This document shows positions 61,281-64,000 of a stretch of DNA of 64,000 nucleotides, one piece after another. The notes under the pieces are model-generated. The model was not told the origin of the DNA. It saw only the letters and a program-made list of their open reading frames with translations, and searched no databases. The DNA is from Sulfurospirillum sp. (GTDB taxonomy: Bacteria > Campylobacterota > Campylobacteria > Campylobacterales > Sulfurospirillaceae): the NCBI GenBank assembly GCA_018058685.1, contig JAGOZL010000001.1:2152-66151 (forward strand), in the 5' to 3' direction. How positions within the stretch are numbered: the first letter of the stretch is position 1; each line of letters opens with the position of its first letter. The position numbers and the translations under genes are program-made.

Positions 61281-63935
61281 TTGAAAACACTCACCATCAT
61301 TGATACCTTTGGCTTCTTTTTTAGAAGCTACTATGCACTACCAAATTTACGCAATTCCGCAGGATTTCCTACCGGACTTTTAACAGGATTTGCCAATTTT
61401 ATCTATGCCATCAAACAAGACCACGACACCGATTATCTTCTGTTTGCACTCGATAGCAAGGGAAAAAACTTTCGTCATGAGCTTGATGTAAATTACAAAG
61501 CCAATCGTTCAGCCGCCCCTGAGGATTTACAAAAACAGCTTCCTATTGCCATTTCGTGGATACACACGATGGGATTTAAGTGCTACGAAGAAGAGGGCTA
61601 TGAAGCGGACGATGTGATTGCATCTGCGGTGAAGTTTGCAAAGAGTCATGATATCAAAGTGCGTATTGTCACGCACGATAAAGATTTGTACCAGCTTATT
61701 GATGATGGTCGCGTGGTCATTTACGACCCCATGAAAAAATTAGAGATAGATGCGCAAGGCTGTTTTGAAAAATTTGGTGTCTTTCCTCATAAAATCAATG
61801 AATACCTCTCTTTAGTGGGTGATGTTGCCGATAATATCCCAGGGGTCAAAGGCATAGGGCCTAAGGGAGCTAAAAAGCTCATTGATGATTTTGGAAGTGT
61901 GGAGGCTATCTATGAAAACCTATCACGTATTGCCAATCCTCGCGTGCAAAGTATGCTTGAAGAGGGCAGGGAAAATGCTTTTTTAAGCAAGCAGTTGGTG
62001 CGTTTGCACGACTCGCTTGATATCGCCGATAAATTTGAGAGTTTTCATCTTCCTAGCGATAATCCTTTATCCAAAATTGTTGACGAGTTAAAAGCGTATG
62101 AGCTTCGTAGCCTTCTTTCAAAAGTGAGTCAAGAAGTTTTACATGTAAAGCCAAAAGCACCGACAAATCGCTTTAATGCCGTGCTTTTAGATGATGCAAA
62201 AATCTTGATGAATATTATTGAGGGGATTGAAGAAGATGCCATTGTGGCGTTTGACACCGAGACCAATTCATTGGATACGCAAAGTGCAAAAATTGTCGGT
62301 TTTTCATTTTGCGTCGATGGTGAAAATAGCTACTATGTACCGATACATCATCACTACTTAGGCGTAGGTGAGCAAATCAGTATGCGTGATGCCCATCACG
62401 CCATTCAAGCCCTTTTTCAACATAAAATCGTAGGGCAAAATCTCAAATACGACTTAGCTGTCATCGAGCACAATTTTGGTATTACATGTAAAACACTCTA
62501 TGCCGACACGATGGTCATGGCGTGGCTGTTGAACCCAGAATCCAGTGTCGGACTAGACGCACTTGCGAAGCGTTTGTGTGATTATGAGATGGTTAAATTT
62601 AAAGATGTGGTTCAAAAAGGAGAGGATTTTAGCTCTGTGGCGTTAGAGCGTGCGTGCGAATATGCCAGCGAAGATGCGTGGATGACGCTAAAGCTTTACC
62701 ATAAACTTAAAGAGATGCTTTTACCCTCCTTGTTGTCCTTAGCCAAAGAGGTTGAATTTCCGTTTGTGCAGACCTTGCAAGCGATGGAAAAAGAGGGCAT
62801 TGCCATCGATACGGACTATTTTGAAGCCTTACATGTAAAAACAGAAGCGGCGATTGATGGGCTTAAAAATGAGATTTTTGCTCTGTGCGATGCGAACTTT
62901 AATCTCAATTCCACCCAGCAATTAGGCGCTGTTTTATTTGAAAAGCTAGGGCTTCCAACGGTTAAAAAAACCAAAACGGGTTACAGTACGGATGAGTTTG
63001 TTTTGCAAGAGTTGATGGATAAGCACCCAAGTATCGCAAAAATTTTAGAGTATCGGGAGCTTTACAAACTCAAATCCACCTACATCGAGCCTTTGCTCAA
63101 ACATGCGAAAAGTTCACCACAAAACCGTATTCACACCTCTTTTATTCACACGGGAACTTCTACGGGGCGTTTGAGTTCTAAAGAGCCAAATTTGCAAAAT
63201 ATCCCTGTGAAAACAGAACTTGGAAGAGAAATTCGTAAAGGCTTTGTGGCAAAAGAGGGGTATACGCTTGTGGGCGTGGATTATTCGCAAATTGAGCTGA
63301 GATTGTTGGCACATTTTAGTGGGGATAAGGCGATGGTAGAAGCGTTTTGCCATAACTTGGACATTCACCGACAAACTGCTTTAAAACTCTTTGGTGAAGA
63401 ACACGCTGATGCCAAGCGTGGTGTGGCAAAAACCATTAACTTTGGACTGCTCTATGGCATGGGTCCTAAAAAACTCTCCGACACACTAGGCATTAGCACG
63501 AAAGAGGCGAAAAGTTATATCGAGAGCTACTTTGAAACCTTTCCAACCATCAAAGAGTATTTAAGCTCCATCGCGGAATTTGCCAAAAAAGAGGGCTATG
63601 TGGAGACTTTGCTTGGGCGAAGGCGTTATTTTGACTTTGAACATGCCAATGGTATGCAATACGCGATGTATGAGCGCGAAGCGATTAACACCGTATTTCA
63701 AGGCAGTGCGGCGGATTTGATAAAACTTTCAATGAATAAAATTATGCAAACATACGTCAACGATGATGCCAAACTCTTGCTTCAAATTCACGATGAACTT
63801 ATCTTTGAAGTGAAAAAAGAGCGTTCGCAGGCATTTGCCCAAGAGATTAAAGAGGTGATGGAACATATCTATACCTTACATGTACCGCTTCGTGTCTCTG
63901 TGGCTTTGGGAAAAAATTGGGGAGAATTAAAATAA
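61281..63935 (+). CDS. polA: DNA polymerase I
   Basis: 5'-3' exonuclease (YEADDVI), 3'-5' exonuclease (FDTET), DYSQIELR, KTINFGLLYG, QIHDEL. Confidence 0.98.
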   Translation: MKTLTIIDTFGFFFRSYYALPNLRNSAGFPTGLLTGFANFIYAIKQDHDTDYLLFALDSKGKNFRHELDVNYKANRSAAPEDLQKQLPIAISWIHTMGFKCYEEEGYEADDVIASAVKFAKSHDIKVRIVTHDKDLYQLIDDGRVVIYDPMKKLEIDAQGCFEKFGVFPHKINEYLSLVGDVADNIPGVKGIGPKGAKKLIDDFGSVEAIYENLSRIANPRVQSMLEEGRENAFLSKQLVRLHDSLDIADKFESFHLPSDNPLSKIVDELKAYELRSLLSKVSQEVLHVKPKAPTNRFNAVLLDDAKILMNIIEGIEEDAIVAFDTETNSLDTQSAKIVGFSFCVDGENSYYVPIHHHYLGVGEQISMRDAHHAIQALFQHKIVGQNLKYDLAVIEHNFGITCKTLYADTMVMAWLLNPESSVGLDALAKRLCDYEMVKFKDVVQKGEDFSSVALERACEYASEDAWMTLKLYHKLKEMLLPSLLSLAKEVEFPFVQTLQAMEKEGIAIDTDYFEALHVKTEAAIDGLKNEIFALCDANFNLNSTQQLGAVLFEKLGLPTVKKTKTGYSTDEFVLQELMDKHPSIAKILEYRELYKLKSTYIEPLLKHAKSSPQNRIHTSFIHTGTSTGRLSSKEPNLQNIPVKTELGREIRKGFVAKEGYTLVGVDYSQIELRLLAHFSGDKAMVEAFCHNLDIHRQTALKLFGEEHADAKRGVAKTINFGLLYGMGPKKLSDTLGISTKEAKSYIESYFETFPTIKEYLSSIAEFAKKEGYVETLLGRRRYFDFEHANGMQYAMYEREAINTVFQGSAADLIKLSMNKIMQTYVNDDAKLLLQIHDELIFEVKKERSQAFAQEIKEVMEHIYTLHVPLRVSVALGKNWGELK

Positions 63936-63936
63936 G

Positions 63937-64000
63937 ATGATTGAATTATTGCTTTTAGCCGTTGCTTTGAGTATGGATGCGTTTGCTGTGTCCATCGGAC
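63937..64000 (+). CDS. mntP: Manganese efflux pump MntP, N-terminal fragment (runs off the window)
   Basis: MIELLLLAVALSMDAFAVSIG matches the ALSMDAFAV MntP signature; too short to appear in the ORF track. Confidence 0.8.
   Translation, partial: MIELLLLAVALSMDAFAVSIG

Overview
Core-genome window (about 38-39% GC by eye) from a Campylobacterota bacterium. Gene order and protein sequences point to Sulfurospirillum or a close relative; this is inference, not a database hit. Almost all genes are on the + strand. Gene order: guaB (3' end), metX, xseB, nitrilase-like, ThiF-like, dapC, murC, mutS2, GGDEF-EAL, dapE, ridA, mqo, a CheX-domain protein, pyk, rplU-rpmA-obgE-proB-fmt-birA-parAB, atpF'FHAGDC, tol-pal-cpoB, slyD, a Fis-HTH regulator, fabD, mtnN, ttcA, recO, gltBD, an inositol monophosphatase-like gene, accD, rlmH, dksA, dus, a diguanylate cyclase, two AEC transporters flanking fliN-fliO, tauE-like, uvrA, dctA, HDOD, polA and the start of mntP. 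I saw no rRNA, tRNA, CRISPR array or transposase. The signal the gene list does not explain is a highly iterated palindrome, TTACATGTAA (extended TTTACATGTAAA). I found at least 32 perfect copies by manual scan, about 1 per 2 kb, against roughly 0.2 expected from base composition. 27 copies lie inside genes in both usable reading frames (L-H-V and x-T-C-K/N) and 5 are intergenic. It resembles cyanobacterial HIP1 or a DNA-uptake or chromosome-organising sequence, and I do not know of it being described for this lineage. Secondary observations: a multi-hairpin element upstream of metX, two sigma54 promoters (one driving an orphan gene), and several apparently degenerate enzymes or regulators.
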